A stretch of 64,000 nt of DNA from contig JAFYOP010000006.1 of the NCBI GenBank assembly GCA_017547885.1, forward strand, positions 34,530 through 98,529. Reading direction: 5' to 3'. Position 1 is the stretch's first letter. Every line of letters begins with the position of its first letter. Both the position numbers and the translations under genes were made by a program. The notes under the pieces are model-generated. The model saw nothing but the letters and a program-made list of their open reading frames with translations, made no database searches and was not told the DNA's origin. Source of the DNA: Clostridia bacterium. GTDB taxonomy: Bacteria; Bacillota; Clostridia; Christensenellales; CAG-138. This document shows, in pieces, positions 8,900 through 24,014 of the stretch.

Positions 8900-11305
8900 A
8901 TGAAACTGCCCCTTAAATGGTTAAAGGAATATGTTGATTTCAACGTGACCCCTGAAAAGTTCGTAGAGCTTATGATGTGGCGCGGCTTTGAAATAGCTGA
9001 CATAGAAGATGAAATGCCCGGCATAAGCAATGTTGTTGTGGGCCGCATCGAAAAGATAGAACAGCATCCCAATGCGGATAAGCTTAAGATATGCACCCTT
9101 AACATCGGCGCAGAGGAAAACCTTATCATCATTACCGGCGCTTCCAATGTGTTCGAAGGCGCACTGGTTCCCGTTGCTGTGGACGGCGCTGCCCTTGCAG
9201 GCGGCGTGGTGATCCATCCCACCGTTATGCGCGGAGTGGAAAGCTTTGGTATGCTGTGTTCCGGTCAGGAGCTGGGCCTCACCGAGGCTGATTATCCCGG
9301 CGCAGAGGTATACGGCATACTTATCCTGCAGGAAGACCATCCCCTTGGTCAGACCATACAGGAAGCTGTCGGCCTTAACGATATCGTTTTTGATATAGAG
9401 CTTACCCCCAACAGGGCAGACTGCATCAGCATCATAGGTATGTGCCGCGAGGCTGCTGCTGCTCTGGGCCAGAAGTTCGTAGAGCCTGCCATTAAGCAGG
9501 TAGCGGGCGAGGGAGATGCAAAGGATTACGCATCCGTACAGGTAATGGATACCGACCTTTGCCCCAGATACATTGGCCGTGTAGTTAAGGATATAAAGAT
9601 CGCTCCTTCTCCCGCATGGATGCAGAAGAAGCTCCGCAGCGTAGGTCTTAGGCCCATCAATAACATCGTAGATATTACCAACTACGTTATGATAGAATAT
9701 GGCCAGCCCATGCATGCCTTTGACTTTTCCTGCATAACCGATGGACAGATAATCGTCCGCCGCGGCAATGAAGGCGAAGTTGTAAAAACTCTGGACGGCA
9801 AGGAAAGGACTGTTTCTCCCAACGTTCTGCTGATAGCGGACCCTGCAAGAGGCGTAGGCATCGCAGGCGTAATGGGCGGCGAAAACTCCGAGATTACCGA
9901 GGGCACCAATACTGTATTCTTTGAATCTGCGGTATTCAAGGGCAGCAATATCCGCCACACCACCCGTGAGCTCCATCATGTTACCGATGCATCCGCCCGT
10001 TTTGTAAAGGGCGTTGAGCCGGTCAATACTCAGCTGGCAATTGATCGTGCCATAGAGCTGGTGGCCGAGCTCGGTGCAGGCACCGTTATCGGCGGCAACA
10101 TCGACGTTTGCGCCGCGGATATTTCCGAGCGCGTGATAAACGTTGACTGGAAGCATGTAAACCACATACTTAATACTGATATCTCCGCAGAAGATATGGT
10201 AAAGATGCTGGATACCCTCAATATCAGCGCAAAGGTTGAAGGAGACGTTCTGGTGGTTACCGTGCCCCATTATCGCGTGGATATCGAGAGCAGCATAGAG
10301 TCCGATTGGGATATCGCAGAGGAGATCGCAAGGGTATACGGCTACTACAACATTGAGCCTACCCTTATGCAGGGCGATACCTTCCGCGGCTGCCTCAGCC
10401 CCGAGACCCGCCATGAGGATCAGGTCAAGGATATGTGCGTGGCCATGGGCTGCTATGAGATGTACAATTACAACTTCACCGGTCCCGCTGCACTGAATGC
10501 TCTTCGCATAACCGAAGATGACGAAAAGTATCTGGCGGTTAAGCTGATGAACCCCTTTGGCGAGGATCAGAGCCTTATGCGCACCACTCTTATGGCAGGT
10601 ATGCTGAACACCGTAGCCCTTAACTGCAACCGCAAGACCGGCCACGGCAGGTTCTTTGAGGTGGGCAATGTGCACCTTAACAATAATCCCGATCTGCCTG
10701 AAGAGCGCAAGATGCTGGGCCTGATTTTCACCGGCGCAGAGGAAAACTTCTTCACTCTTAAGGGCGTTATAGAGTATCTGTTTCGCAAGCTGGGCATGGC
10801 AGACAGGGCAGAGTATGTTCCCGGCGGCAGCCAGTTCTTCCAGCCCGGCCAGAAGGCCCTGATAAAGGTGGATGGTCAGGTCATCGGCGAGATGGGCGCA
10901 GTGCATCCCGAGACCCGCAAGGCCTTTGGTGTACCTCAGGCTGCATACGCTGCTGAGCTCTCCGTAAAGAAGCTGTTTGAGCTCCGTGAAAACGGCAAGA
11001 CCTACAAGGCAATACCCAAGTATCCCACTGTTCCCCGCGATATAGCTGTTGTGGTGGATGAGTGCGTTACCTCTGCTCAGGTAGCCGCTGCCATTAAGGC
11101 CGCTCCGGTAAAAGTCCTGCTTGAAAATGTTGAGCTGTTTGACGTGTATCGCGGAACCGGTATACCCGAAGGCAAGAAGAGCATGGCATATTCTTATACC
11201 GTACGTGCGGAAGACCGCACCCTTACCGATGAGGATATCACCGACGCCATGAACACCATAATCCGCACCCTTAAGGAAACCCTTAATGCGGACCTTAGAG
11301 CATAA
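8900..11305 (+). CDS. pheT: Phenylalanine--tRNA ligase beta subunit
   Basis: HPNADKL, TPNRADC, PINNIVDITNYVMIEYGQPMHAFD, C-terminal anticodon-binding domain. Confidence 0.97.
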   Translation: MKLPLKWLKEYVDFNVTPEKFVELMMWRGFEIADIEDEMPGISNVVVGRIEKIEQHPNADKLKICTLNIGAEENLIIITGASNVFEGALVPVAVDGAALAGGVVIHPTVMRGVESFGMLCSGQELGLTEADYPGAEVYGILILQEDHPLGQTIQEAVGLNDIVFDIELTPNRADCISIIGMCREAAAALGQKFVEPAIKQVAGEGDAKDYASVQVMDTDLCPRYIGRVVKDIKIAPSPAWMQKKLRSVGLRPINNIVDITNYVMIEYGQPMHAFDFSCITDGQIIVRRGNEGEVVKTLDGKERTVSPNVLLIADPARGVGIAGVMGGENSEITEGTNTVFFESAVFKGSNIRHTTRELHHVTDASARFVKGVEPVNTQLAIDRAIELVAELGAGTVIGGNIDVCAADISERVINVDWKHVNHILNTDISAEDMVKMLDTLNISAKVEGDVLVVTVPHYRVDIESSIESDWDIAEEIARVYGYYNIEPTLMQGDTFRGCLSPETRHEDQVKDMCVAMGCYEMYNYNFTGPAALNALRITEDDEKYLAVKLMNPFGEDQSLMRTTLMAGMLNTVALNCNRKTGHGRFFEVGNVHLNNNPDLPEERKMLGLIFTGAEENFFTLKGVIEYLFRKLGMADRAEYVPGGSQFFQPGQKALIKVDGQVIGEMGAVHPETRKAFGVPQAAYAAELSVKKLFELRENGKTYKAIPKYPTVPRDIAVVVDECVTSAQVAAAIKAAPVKVLLENVELFDVYRGTGIPEGKKSMAYSYTVRAEDRTLTDEDITDAMNTIIRTLKETLNADLRA

Positions 11306-11316
11306 AGGAGGGAAAT

Positions 11317-11574
11317 ATGCGTTATAACAATACATCATTTTTCGGAATAGTGTTTGCGCTGATGTCCGTGACCAATACCGTGCTGGAGTTTGGATATGGC
11401 AAGGGTATCAAGGGTATGTCACCTCTGTGCCTTGGTGCAGCTTTGCTGCTGTTTGCCCTGAATCTTAAGGATGCAGGCGAAGCCAAGCGCGGCCTTGTTC
11501 CTTTGCTGTATTTTGCTGCCGCCCTTAACATTGTTGCGGGCTGCGTACAGCTGCTGGCTCTGGTAAATTACTAA
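11317..11574 (+). CDS. Small hypothetical membrane protein
   Basis: Strong AAAGGAGGG RBS; about three hydrophobic segments; sits before the pheST terminator. Confidence 0.65.
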   Translation: MRYNNTSFFGIVFALMSVTNTVLEFGYGKGIKGMSPLCLGAALLLFALNLKDAGEAKRGLVPLLYFAAALNIVAGCVQLLALVNY

Positions 11575-11585
11575 ACGATAACTCA

Positions 11586-11612
11586 AAAGACCATCCGAGA
11601 GGATGGTCTTTT
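11586..11612 (+). terminator. Rho-independent terminator
   Basis: AAAAGACCATCC-GAGA-GGATGGTCTTTT. Confidence 0.85.
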
Positions 11613-11713
11613 AATTTGCCTATATTTATCCAATGGCTTTTGCTTGACCTCAATATGTGGTAAAATGTATATGTAAAAATATGCGGAAATACGCTTTGTC
11701 GGAGATAAATCAA

Positions 11714-15965
<4,252 letters not shown>

Positions 15966-15968
15966 AAT

Positions 15969-16931
15969 ATGCGTCAGGGAAAACTAACCAACCAGCAGCT
16001 GGACAGCCTTATACTTTCAAAGTTTGCCCATACCCGCAAAGAGGTAGTCTGCTCACCCCATGTGGGAGTGGACTGCGCGGCGGTGGATTTGGGCGGAAGG
16101 ATAGCTGTGCTGTCCACGGATCCAATAACCTCTGCGGATAATAATCTTGGCAGTCTAACCGTGCACGTAAGCTGCAACGATGCGGCGGCAGCGGGAGCGG
16201 AACCGGTAGGTCTGCTTGTAACATTGCTGATACCTCCCAGCGGCACAGAGGAAGAGGTGGGCCGTGTTGCTGATGAGCTTGCAGAGGCGGCTCGTCTTGC
16301 AAATATCGAGATAATCGGGGGACACACTGAAGTGACAGCTGCGGTCACCCGCATGGTGACCTGCGCCACGGTCATTGCAAAGGCGGGCAAGAACGGCATA
16401 ATCGCCCCAAACGGCATGAAGGATGGGGATTATATCGTTATGACCAAAGCAGGCGGCATTGAGGGCACGGCGGTAATAGCGTCAGATTTTGCGGACAGGC
16501 TTGGCTTTACCGATGCCGAGCTTACAGAAGCCCGTGGCTTTATGAGCATGGTGAGCGTGGTCAAGGAAGGGCTTTTCGGTGCGGATAACGGTGCGACCGC
16601 AATGCATGACATCACCGAGGGCGGTGTGTATGGCGCTGCTTGGGAGATGGCTGAGGCATCGGGATGCGGAATTGAGATATGGCCCCACAAGGTACCTTTC
16701 CATCCTTTGACCCTTAAGGTATGCGATAAATGCGGCCTTGATAAATTCCGCCTGCTTTCCAGCGGCAGTATGCTGATAGCCTGCCCTGACGGCGAGGCTA
16801 TGGTAAAGGGCCTTGAGGAAATAGGCGTACCTGCAGCAGTGATAGGAAGAGCGGGCGGCAGCGGCGTCAGAACGGACAGGGGTGAGGAGATACTTCCACC
16901 CGAAGCTGATGAGCTGTATCGTATGTTTTAG
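15969..16931 (+). CDS. AIR synthase-related (PurM/HypE-like) protein
   Basis: GVDCA, STDPIT, ND, IIGGHTE, MHDITEGG. Confidence 0.8.
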   Translation: MRQGKLTNQQLDSLILSKFAHTRKEVVCSPHVGVDCAAVDLGGRIAVLSTDPITSADNNLGSLTVHVSCNDAAAAGAEPVGLLVTLLIPPSGTEEEVGRVADELAEAARLANIEIIGGHTEVTAAVTRMVTCATVIAKAGKNGIIAPNGMKDGDYIVMTKAGGIEGTAVIASDFADRLGFTDAELTEARGFMSMVSVVKEGLFGADNGATAMHDITEGGVYGAAWEMAEASGCGIEIWPHKVPFHPLTLKVCDKCGLDKFRLLSSGSMLIACPDGEAMVKGLEEIGVPAAVIGRAGGSGVRTDRGEEILPPEADELYRMF

Positions 16932-17018
16932 GCTGTGTTATAAGGCGATTATATTGTAAAAAAACGGCGTGTCGTGATATAATAAATAAGTTAGAAACAG
17001 CCCTTTGGAGGTATAATT

Positions 17019-17897
17019 TTGGTAAACAGCATGACCGGATTCGGCCGCTATGCATTGGAGCATGAGGGCCGTGAAATAACCGTTGAATTAAAGAGCGTAA
17101 ATCACAGATATCTTGATATAGGCTTCAGGATGCCCCGAGCAATAAGCTTTATTGAGGATACTCTGCGCGGAGTTATCTCCTCAGAGTTAAGCCGCGGACA
17201 TGTGGATGTATTTGTGTTTTATCGCAATAATCGTGACGATGCCCGTAAGGTAAGCGTTGATATGAACCTGCTGGGCGAATACCTTACCGCCGCCCGTGAG
17301 GCTGCAGGCATCTTTGGCCTCAGGGATGATGTGGGGCTCAGTTCCGCCCTTCGTCTGCCCGATGTTACCGAGATAGTTGAGGCAGATGAAGACAGAGAAG
17401 AGGTTTGCCGCCTTGCGGCAGAGGCCTGCAGGGCTGCATGTCAGGAGCTTAAGGCCATGCGCGCAAGAGAAGGCGCAAAGCTGTATGAGGATCTTTACGG
17501 TAAATGTGCCGCGGTAGAAGCAATTGCGGCCAGCATAGCAGAGCGTGCTCCTCAGGTAGTGGAAGAGTACCGCATAAAGCTAAACGAGCGCATAGAAAAG
17601 ATGCTGGGCTCTGTGGATGTGGACAAGGCTCGCCTGGCTACCGAGGTTGCTCTCTTTGCGGACAAGGCCGGCATAGATGAAGAAATAGTACGTCTTGGCA
17701 GCCACGTTATCCAGTTCAGGGCAATGCTGGACGGCACCGAGCCTGCGGGACGCAAGCTGGACTTTATCGTTCAGGAGATGAACCGCGAATTCAATACTAT
17801 CGGTTCCAAGGCCAATGACGGCGAGATAGTCAACTTTGTCATTTCCGGCAAGGGCGAGATAGAAAAGATCCGCGAACAGGTACAGAACATAGAATAA
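17019..17897 (+). CDS. yloC: YicC/YloC family endoribonuclease
   Basis: [49 protein letters not shown]. Confidence 0.93.
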   Translation: MVNSMTGFGRYALEHEGREITVELKSVNHRYLDIGFRMPRAISFIEDTLRGVISSELSRGHVDVFVFYRNNRDDARKVSVDMNLLGEYLTAAREAAGIFGLRDDVGLSSALRLPDVTEIVEADEDREEVCRLAAEACRAACQELKAMRAREGAKLYEDLYGKCAAVEAIAASIAERAPQVVEEYRIKLNERIEKMLGSVDVDKARLATEVALFADKAGIDEEIVRLGSHVIQFRAMLDGTEPAGRKLDFIVQEMNREFNTIGSKANDGEIVNFVISGKGEIEKIREQVQNIE

Positions 17898-17908
17898 GAG
17901 GCGTTAGT

Positions 17909-18163
17909 ATGTCGGTTAGGCTTGTAAATGTGGGCTTTGGCAATATAGTTTCATCCGGCAGGATAGTGTCCATCATATCTCCGGACAGCGCCCCCGCAAA
18001 GCGTATGGTGCAGGAGGCCCGCGAAAAGGGCAGACTGGTTGACGCTACCCACGGAAGACGCACCAGAGCCGTTATAGTTATGGACAGCATGCATATAGTG
18101 CTTTCCGCCCTTCAGTCCGAGACGGTTGCGTCCCGAGTGATGGCGGACAGCGATAGTGAATAA
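17909..18163 (+). CDS. remA: DUF370 / RemA family regulator
   Basis: [30 protein letters not shown]; located between yloC and gmk. Confidence 0.9.
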   Translation: MSVRLVNVGFGNIVSSGRIVSIISPDSAPAKRMVQEAREKGRLVDATHGRRTRAVIVMDSMHIVLSALQSETVASRVMADSDSE

Positions 18164-18179
18164 TTCGGAGGATATAAAG

Positions 18180-18794
18180 ATGACTCAAAAAGGTCTGCTT
18201 CTGGTAGTATCCGGTCCATCCGGCGTAGGCAAGGGCACCATTTGCTCCAAGCTCATGTCCGAAAGGGACAATATCAAAATGTCCGTATCCGTAACCACCC
18301 GTCAGCCCCGCCCCGGCGAGACCGAGGGCGTAAGCTATTTCTTCCGCACAGAGGAAGAGTTTATGAAGATGGTAGATGCGGACGCTTTCCTGGAGTATAT
18401 GTGCGTATTTGGTAAAAACCATTACGGCACACCCAAGAGCTACGTTGAAGAGCAGCGCAATGCGGGCTATGACGTAATTCTTGAGATCGACGTAAAGGGT
18501 GCTCTAAAGGTAAAGGAAAAGTGCGATGATGCAGTTATGATATTCATTGCGCCTCCTGATATGGATACCCTGCGCAATCGTTTAGTGGGCCGCGGAACAG
18601 AGACTCCTGAGTCCGTAGCAAGGCGCTTTGGCGAGGCCATAAAGGAAATAGGCCTTGCACAGCAGTATGACTATATAATCGTAAACGATAACCTTGACAA
18701 GGCCGTGGGTCAGGTACAGAGCGTGATCTCTGCCGAGCACAGCCGTGTTATGAATAATACAGAGCTTATAAACCAACTCAAAGGAGAAATGTAA
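18180..18794 (+). CDS. gmk: Guanylate kinase
   Basis: SGPSGVGKGT, TTRQPRPGE, HYGT. Confidence 0.96.
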   Translation: MTQKGLLLVVSGPSGVGKGTICSKLMSERDNIKMSVSVTTRQPRPGETEGVSYFFRTEEEFMKMVDADAFLEYMCVFGKNHYGTPKSYVEEQRNAGYDVILEIDVKGALKVKEKCDDAVMIFIAPPDMDTLRNRLVGRGTETPESVARRFGEAIKEIGLAQQYDYIIVNDNLDKAVGQVQSVISAEHSRVMNNTELINQLKGEM

Positions 18795-18797
18795 CTT

Positions 18798-18998
18798 ATG
18801 ATGAACTATCCTCCTCTTACTGATCTGCAGAATAAGGTGGGCTGCCGCTATATGCTGGTTACCGCAGTTGCCAAGCGCGCCCGTCAGCTGATGGAAGACC
18901 CCGAAAAGCTGGACGACCGCAAGCCTGTATCCACCGCTGTGGACGAGCTGTTCAATGACAAGCTGGAAGTAGTACTGCCTGAGGAGCAAGCAAAATAA
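18798..18998 (+). CDS. rpoZ: RNA polymerase omega subunit
   Basis: RYMLVTAVAKRARQL, KPVSTAVDE; synteny. Confidence 0.92.
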   Translation: MMNYPPLTDLQNKVGCRYMLVTAVAKRARQLMEDPEKLDDRKPVSTAVDELFNDKLEVVLPEEQAK

Positions 18999-20173
18999 TG
19001 AAGCATGTGGTGATGGGAGTAACCGGTTCCATAGCGGCCTATAAGGCCTGCGATATCGTCAGCGGCCTTCGCAAGAAGGGCGTTGATGTGCACGTCATCC
19101 TTACAAAGGCAGGCGCCGAAATAATCACTCCTTTAGCCCTTGAAACCATGAGCAGCAACCCTGTTATTACGGATATGTTCAACAGGGAAAACCCTTGGGA
19201 GGTAGAGCATATCTCCCTTGCAAAGCTTGCGGATCTGTTTCTTATCGCTCCGGCCACCGCCAACTTCATGGGCAAGATGGCGTCCGGAATTGCGGACGAC
19301 ATGCTGACCACCACTGTTATGGCCACAAAAGCCCCTGTGCTCATTGCTCCCGCCATGAATTCCAACATGTACCTTAATCCTGTGGTGCAGGCCAATATGG
19401 ACGCGCTGAAGAAACGGGGATGCGAGTTTATCGACCCTGCCGTAGGGCATCTTGCCTGCGGAGATGAGGGTGTTGGCAAGCTTGCGGATGTGCAGGACAT
19501 AATTGATGCCGTGCTGAACAGGCTCAACGTTCGCCGCGATATGGAAGGCATGAAGGTGCTGGTCACCGCCGGCCCCACACGCGAGGCCATCGACCCCGTG
19601 CGCTACATTACCAACCACTCTTCCGGCAAGATGGGCTATGCCATAGCGGAGGCCGCAGCGGAGCGCGGCGCCGAGGTCACCCTCATAAGCGGGCCTGTAA
19701 GCCTGAAGACTCCTGAAGGTGTAAAGCGTATAGACATAGTTTCTTCCGGTGAGCTTTGTGATACGGTAGTAGAGCAGTTTGAGCATTGTGATGCCCTTAT
19801 TATGGCTGCGGCTCCTGCGGACTTTACTCCGGTGACCACAGCATCCGAAAAGATAAAAAAACAAGGCACAGGTATGACTCTTGAGCTGACTTCCACCCGT
19901 GATATTCTCAAGACCGTGGCCCCCAACAAGGGCAGCCGCAAGGTGATGGGATTTGCTGCAGAAACACAGAACCTTCAGCAAAATGCTTTAAAAAAGCTCA
20001 GTTCCAAGAATCTTGACTTTATAGCCGCCAATGACGTTACCGCAGAGGGTGCGGGCTTTGGAGTGGATACCAATATAATTACCTTATACGGAGCGGATGG
20101 CTCTGAGGAGCACAGCGGCAAGCTGTCAAAGCGCGATGCGGCGGACTGGCTGCTGGATCGTCTTATGAAATAA
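18998..20173 (+). CDS. coaBC: Phosphopantothenoylcysteine decarboxylase/ligase
   Basis: GVTGSIAAYK, APAMNSNM, TAGPTREAIDPVRYITNHSSGKMG. Confidence 0.96.
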   Translation: MKHVVMGVTGSIAAYKACDIVSGLRKKGVDVHVILTKAGAEIITPLALETMSSNPVITDMFNRENPWEVEHISLAKLADLFLIAPATANFMGKMASGIADDMLTTTVMATKAPVLIAPAMNSNMYLNPVVQANMDALKKRGCEFIDPAVGHLACGDEGVGKLADVQDIIDAVLNRLNVRRDMEGMKVLVTAGPTREAIDPVRYITNHSSGKMGYAIAEAAAERGAEVTLISGPVSLKTPEGVKRIDIVSSGELCDTVVEQFEHCDALIMAAAPADFTPVTTASEKIKKQGTGMTLELTSTRDILKTVAPNKGSRKVMGFAAETQNLQQNALKKLSSKNLDFIAANDVTAEGAGFGVDTNIITLYGADGSEEHSGKLSKRDAADWLLDRLMK

Positions 20174-20180
20174 CATCAAC

Positions 20181-20212
20181 AGGGAGAGGTGAAGGCTTCT
20201 CCCCAGTTTTTT
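20181..20212 (+). terminator. Rho-independent terminator
   Basis: GGGAGAGG-loop-CTTCTCCC followed shortly by a T run. Confidence 0.55.
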
Positions 20213-20240
20213 ATAGTGAGTAAGGAGCGTATTTTATAAA

Positions 20241-22499
20241 TTGTTTGCGCAGGTGATAGTTGACATAGCCCACAGCAGCGTGGACAGATTGTTCACATAC
20301 AGGGCGGATGATAATATCGCGGTGGGCCAGCGGGTGCTGGTTCCTTTTGGCGCGGGCAATAAAGCTATAGAAGGCTTTGTTTTGGGTGTAAGCGACAGCT
20401 ATGAGGGCACAGTTGCTCTAAAGTCCATAATACGGCCAATGGAACCCTATGCGGTGCTTACGGATGAGCAGATACGCCTTGCCCAATGGATAAAGCAAAG
20501 CTATAATTGCGTTCTTGTGGATGCGCTGCGCCTTATGATCCCCGCGCAATTGAGGGGCGGAAGGGTAAAGGAAAAGACCATACGCACCGTAAAGGTAAAT
20601 GCTGAAATGGACAGAGAGCAGGTGCTTTCTGCCATGCTGAAAAAGGACGGTACGCCAAAGTCGCCCAGACAACACGAGGTGTATATCCTTCTTGCAGAAT
20701 CCGGCATGGAGATGAGCACAGGGGATATATGCGCATTCATACCCGGAGCGGCTGCCGCAATCAGGGCGCTGCTGCAAAAGGGATACATCCTTGAGATAGG
20801 CCGAGAAACCTACCGCAATCCTTATGCCAGCAGGGATATACCCAAGACCATGCCCATGCTACTGTCAGCTCAGCAGCAGGCGGCGCTTAACGCTGTTTCC
20901 GATGCAATGGAAGAGGCAGAGGGCGAGTTTCTGCTGCATGGCGTTACGGGCTCCGGCAAAACTGAGGTATACATGCAGGCAATTGCAAAGGCGCTGGATA
21001 TGGGAGGAACGGCAATCGTGCTTGTGCCTGAAATATCCCTTACGCCTCAGGCTATGGATAGATTCCGCGGACGTTTCGGCAACAGCGTCGCGGTGCTGCA
21101 CAGTCGCCTTTCCCCGGGAGAGCGTTATGATGAATGGCGCAGGATACGCCTTGGAAAGGCAAAGGTCGTGCTGGGGGCAAGGAGCGCTGTGTTTGCGCCC
21201 CTTGAAAACATAAAGCTCATAGTGGTGGACGAGGAGCACGAGCAATCCTATTCCTCTGAAATTACCCCCAGATATAATGCCATAGAGGTGGCAAGGCAAA
21301 GATGCAGGCTGAACGGCGGAACGCTGCTCCTTGGCAGCGCAACCCCATCTGTACAAAGCTATCTCAGGGCTACAAAAGGAAGCTATACCCTGCTTGAAAT
21401 GCTGGACAGGATAAACAGCCTGCCCATGCCAAGGGTGGAGATAGCGGATATGAGGGATGAGTTTGCGGCAGGCAATACAGGCATATTTAGCGCACCTCTT
21501 TATGACGCACTTAAAACCTGCTTTGATAAAGGAGAGCAGGCAATACTTTTTATGAACAGGCGGGGGTATTCTACCTTTGTATCCTGCCGGGGCTGCGGAT
21601 ATGTTTTCAAGTGCGATAACTGCGATGTATCCATGACATATCACAAGCTGGAAAATACAATGAAATGCCATTACTGCGGCAGCGTAAAGCCAATACCCAA
21701 GGTGTGCCCCGAGTGCGGAAAGCCTTACATAAAGTTTTTCGGCATAGGTACTCAGCAGGTGGAGGAGCAGCTGAACCAGAGCTTTCCGGATGTAACATGC
21801 CTCAGGATGGACGCAGATACCACCCGAACAAAGGATTCCCACTACAGCATTCTTTCCCGCTTTGCCAAGGGGGAGGCGCAGGTACTGATAGGTACCCAGA
21901 TGGTGGCAAAGGGGCTGGATATGCCCGGTGTGTCGGTCGTGGGAGTTATTGCTGCGGATGCGTCGCTGCATATACCCGATTACCGCAGCTGCGAAAGGTC
22001 CTTCCAGCTGCTGACACAGGTGGCTGGCAGGGCAGGCAGGGCCGCAGGAAACGGGCGGGTAATAGTGCAGACGTACAATCCCGATCACCCTGCAATTGTG
22101 CTTGCGTCAAGGCATGATTACAAAGGCTTCTTTGACTATGAGATAGCCATGCGAAAGGCGGCGCTATTTCCGCCCTATTCGCTGTTTATAAGGGTACTGT
22201 TTGTCCATGGGGATAAGGGACCCCTTGCGGAAGCGGCAGGCAGTTTTGCCGATGGGCTGCACAAAGCTATTGTGGATGCGCTGAAACAACAGGGAGCAGA
22301 TGACAGAGAGCTGCTGTTTATGACCTGCGGAGAAGCGCCAATAAAGCGTAAACAGGGACAGTATCGCATGCATATAGTGCTTAAGCTTGCACGAACAAAG
22401 CACACGGCAAAGGTTATAGATGCGGTGTATTCATATGCCAATGACCACAGATCGGAATATTACTGCTCACTTGAGCTCAATCCAAATGATATGCTATAA
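20241..22499 (+). CDS. priA: Primosomal protein N'
   Basis: GVTGSGKTEVY, DEEH, Cys-rich Zn region, GTQMVAKGLD. Confidence 0.96.
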   Translation: MFAQVIVDIAHSSVDRLFTYRADDNIAVGQRVLVPFGAGNKAIEGFVLGVSDSYEGTVALKSIIRPMEPYAVLTDEQIRLAQWIKQSYNCVLVDALRLMIPAQLRGGRVKEKTIRTVKVNAEMDREQVLSAMLKKDGTPKSPRQHEVYILLAESGMEMSTGDICAFIPGAAAAIRALLQKGYILEIGRETYRNPYASRDIPKTMPMLLSAQQQAALNAVSDAMEEAEGEFLLHGVTGSGKTEVYMQAIAKALDMGGTAIVLVPEISLTPQAMDRFRGRFGNSVAVLHSRLSPGERYDEWRRIRLGKAKVVLGARSAVFAPLENIKLIVVDEEHEQSYSSEITPRYNAIEVARQRCRLNGGTLLLGSATPSVQSYLRATKGSYTLLEMLDRINSLPMPRVEIADMRDEFAAGNTGIFSAPLYDALKTCFDKGEQAILFMNRRGYSTFVSCRGCGYVFKCDNCDVSMTYHKLENTMKCHYCGSVKPIPKVCPECGKPYIKFFGIGTQQVEEQLNQSFPDVTCLRMDADTTRTKDSHYSILSRFAKGEAQVLIGTQMVAKGLDMPGVSVVGVIAADASLHIPDYRSCERSFQLLTQVAGRAGRAAGNGRVIVQTYNPDHPAIVLASRHDYKGFFDYEIAMRKAALFPPYSLFIRVLFVHGDKGPLAEAAGSFADGLHKAIVDALKQQGADDRELLFMTCGEAPIKRKQGQYRMHIVLKLARTKHTAKVIDAVYSYANDHRSEYYCSLELNPNDML

Positions 22500-22596
22500 A
22501 TTCGTACGAATGTACGAATAAATCACATATTGCTTGCCTTACAGGGCGGCAGAGGGATATAATAAACTGATAAACTCTCGGAGGAATCTGAAAAAC

Positions 22597-23085
22597 ATGG
22601 CAAAGAGACAGATATTCAGGGAAGATGCGGCATGCCTTTATAAAAAGTGCCGCCCGGTAGAAAAGTTTGACCGCAAGCTGTGGGAGCTGCTTGATGATAT
22701 GGCGGATACCATGTATCAGGCAGAGGGCGTTGGCCTTGCCGCTCCTCAGATAGGAATACTGCGCCGTGCATTTGTTATCGACTGCGGCGAGGGTCTTGTT
22801 GAAATGATAAATCCTGAGCTGGTGGAAACATCCGGCGAGCAGGGCTGCTTTGAGGGCTGCCTTTCCTTCCCCGGAAAGAGCGGCTACGTGGTGCGCCCCA
22901 ATTATGTAAAAATGCGCGCATACGACAGGCATGGCGAGCTGTACGAATACGAAGGCGAGGGCCTTTTTGCAAGGGCCATGCTCCATGAAAACGATCATCT
23001 TGACGGCCTGGTTTACGGCCGGCTGGTAACCGAGCCCCCCGAGGGATATACAGAGGAGATGGAATACGAGGAGGAAGAGGAATAA
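22597..23085 (+). CDS. def: Peptide deformylase
   Basis: GVGLAAPQIG, EGCLS, HENDHLDG. Confidence 0.96.
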   Translation: MAKRQIFREDAACLYKKCRPVEKFDRKLWELLDDMADTMYQAEGVGLAAPQIGILRRAFVIDCGEGLVEMINPELVETSGEQGCFEGCLSFPGKSGYVVRPNYVKMRAYDRHGELYEYEGEGLFARAMLHENDHLDGLVYGRLVTEPPEGYTEEMEYEEEEE

Positions 23086-24014
23086 TGCGTATAGCTTTCC
23101 TTGGCACTCCGGATTTTGCCGTGCCTTCCTTACAGATGCTGATAGACAAGGGGCATGAGCTTGCGCTGTTTACCAACCCCGACAGGCCCAAAGGCCGCAA
23201 GGGCGAGCTTACTCCGCCCCCTACAAAGGTATTGGCGCAGAAGTATGATATCCCCGTATACCAGTTTGAAAAAATACGCTGCGAAGAGGGTGTTGCAGCT
23301 CTTAAAGAATTTGCTCCCGAGCTTATGGTCACCGCGGCATTCGGGCAGATACTTTCCGCGGAAAATCTGGCTATCCCCAAGTATGGCTGTATCAATGTTC
23401 ACGGCAGCCTTTTGCCAAAGCTTAGAGGCGCAGCCCCCATACAGTGGAGCATTATCAATGGCGATAAGGTCACCGGCGTTACTACCATGCTTACAGACGT
23501 GGGCCTGGATACCGGTGACATACTGCTTATGCGGGAAACCCCGATAGGCGAAAATGAGACCGCAGGTGAGCTCTTTGACAGGCTGGCCGTAATGGGCGCG
23601 GAGCTGCTGGATGAGACTATTCAGGAGCTGCTTGCTGGTAAGCTCAATCCTGTGCCTCAGGATCACGACGCCGCCACCAAGTGCGGCATGATAAAGAAAG
23701 AGATGGGCAGGCTGGACTTTTCCATGACCGCCCAGCAGATACATGATAAGGTCAGGGGTATGAATCCGTGGCCTGCGGCATTTACCACTGTGGACGGCGC
23801 GGATGTAAAGATTTGGGAGACTCGCAAGACCGGCGAAAAGTGCGGCGGTACTCCCGGCCTGTGCGTAACAGCGGACCCAAAGAAGGGTATTTTCGTACAA
23901 ACGGCTGACGAGCTGATCGAGATAACGGAAATACAGTTCTCGGGCGCAAAGCGTATGAGCGCCAAGGCCGCTGTGCTTGGACATCCCCTTGAAGGAAAGG
24001 TATTTGGAGAATGA
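23085..24014 (+). CDS. fmt: Methionyl-tRNA formyltransferase
   Basis: FLGTPDFA, INVHGSLLPKLRGAAPI. Confidence 0.96.
   Translation: MRIAFLGTPDFAVPSLQMLIDKGHELALFTNPDRPKGRKGELTPPPTKVLAQKYDIPVYQFEKIRCEEGVAALKEFAPELMVTAAFGQILSAENLAIPKYGCINVHGSLLPKLRGAAPIQWSIINGDKVTGVTTMLTDVGLDTGDILLMRETPIGENETAGELFDRLAVMGAELLDETIQELLAGKLNPVPQDHDAATKCGMIKKEMGRLDFSMTAQQIHDKVRGMNPWPAAFTTVDGADVKIWETRKTGEKCGGTPGLCVTADPKKGIFVQTADELIEITEIQFSGAKRMSAKAAVLGHPLEGKVFGE

Noticed and set aside
8921-11338. 805-aa ORF on - strand
   Set aside because: Antisense shadow of pheT; the same applies to 7508-8734, 41407-42870, 47794-49488 and 50898-52157
22500-22519. TTCGTACGAA palindrome and GTACGAAT repeat before the def promoter
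   Set aside because: Short, no second copy noticed, and not a match to the LexA GAAC-N4-GTTC box
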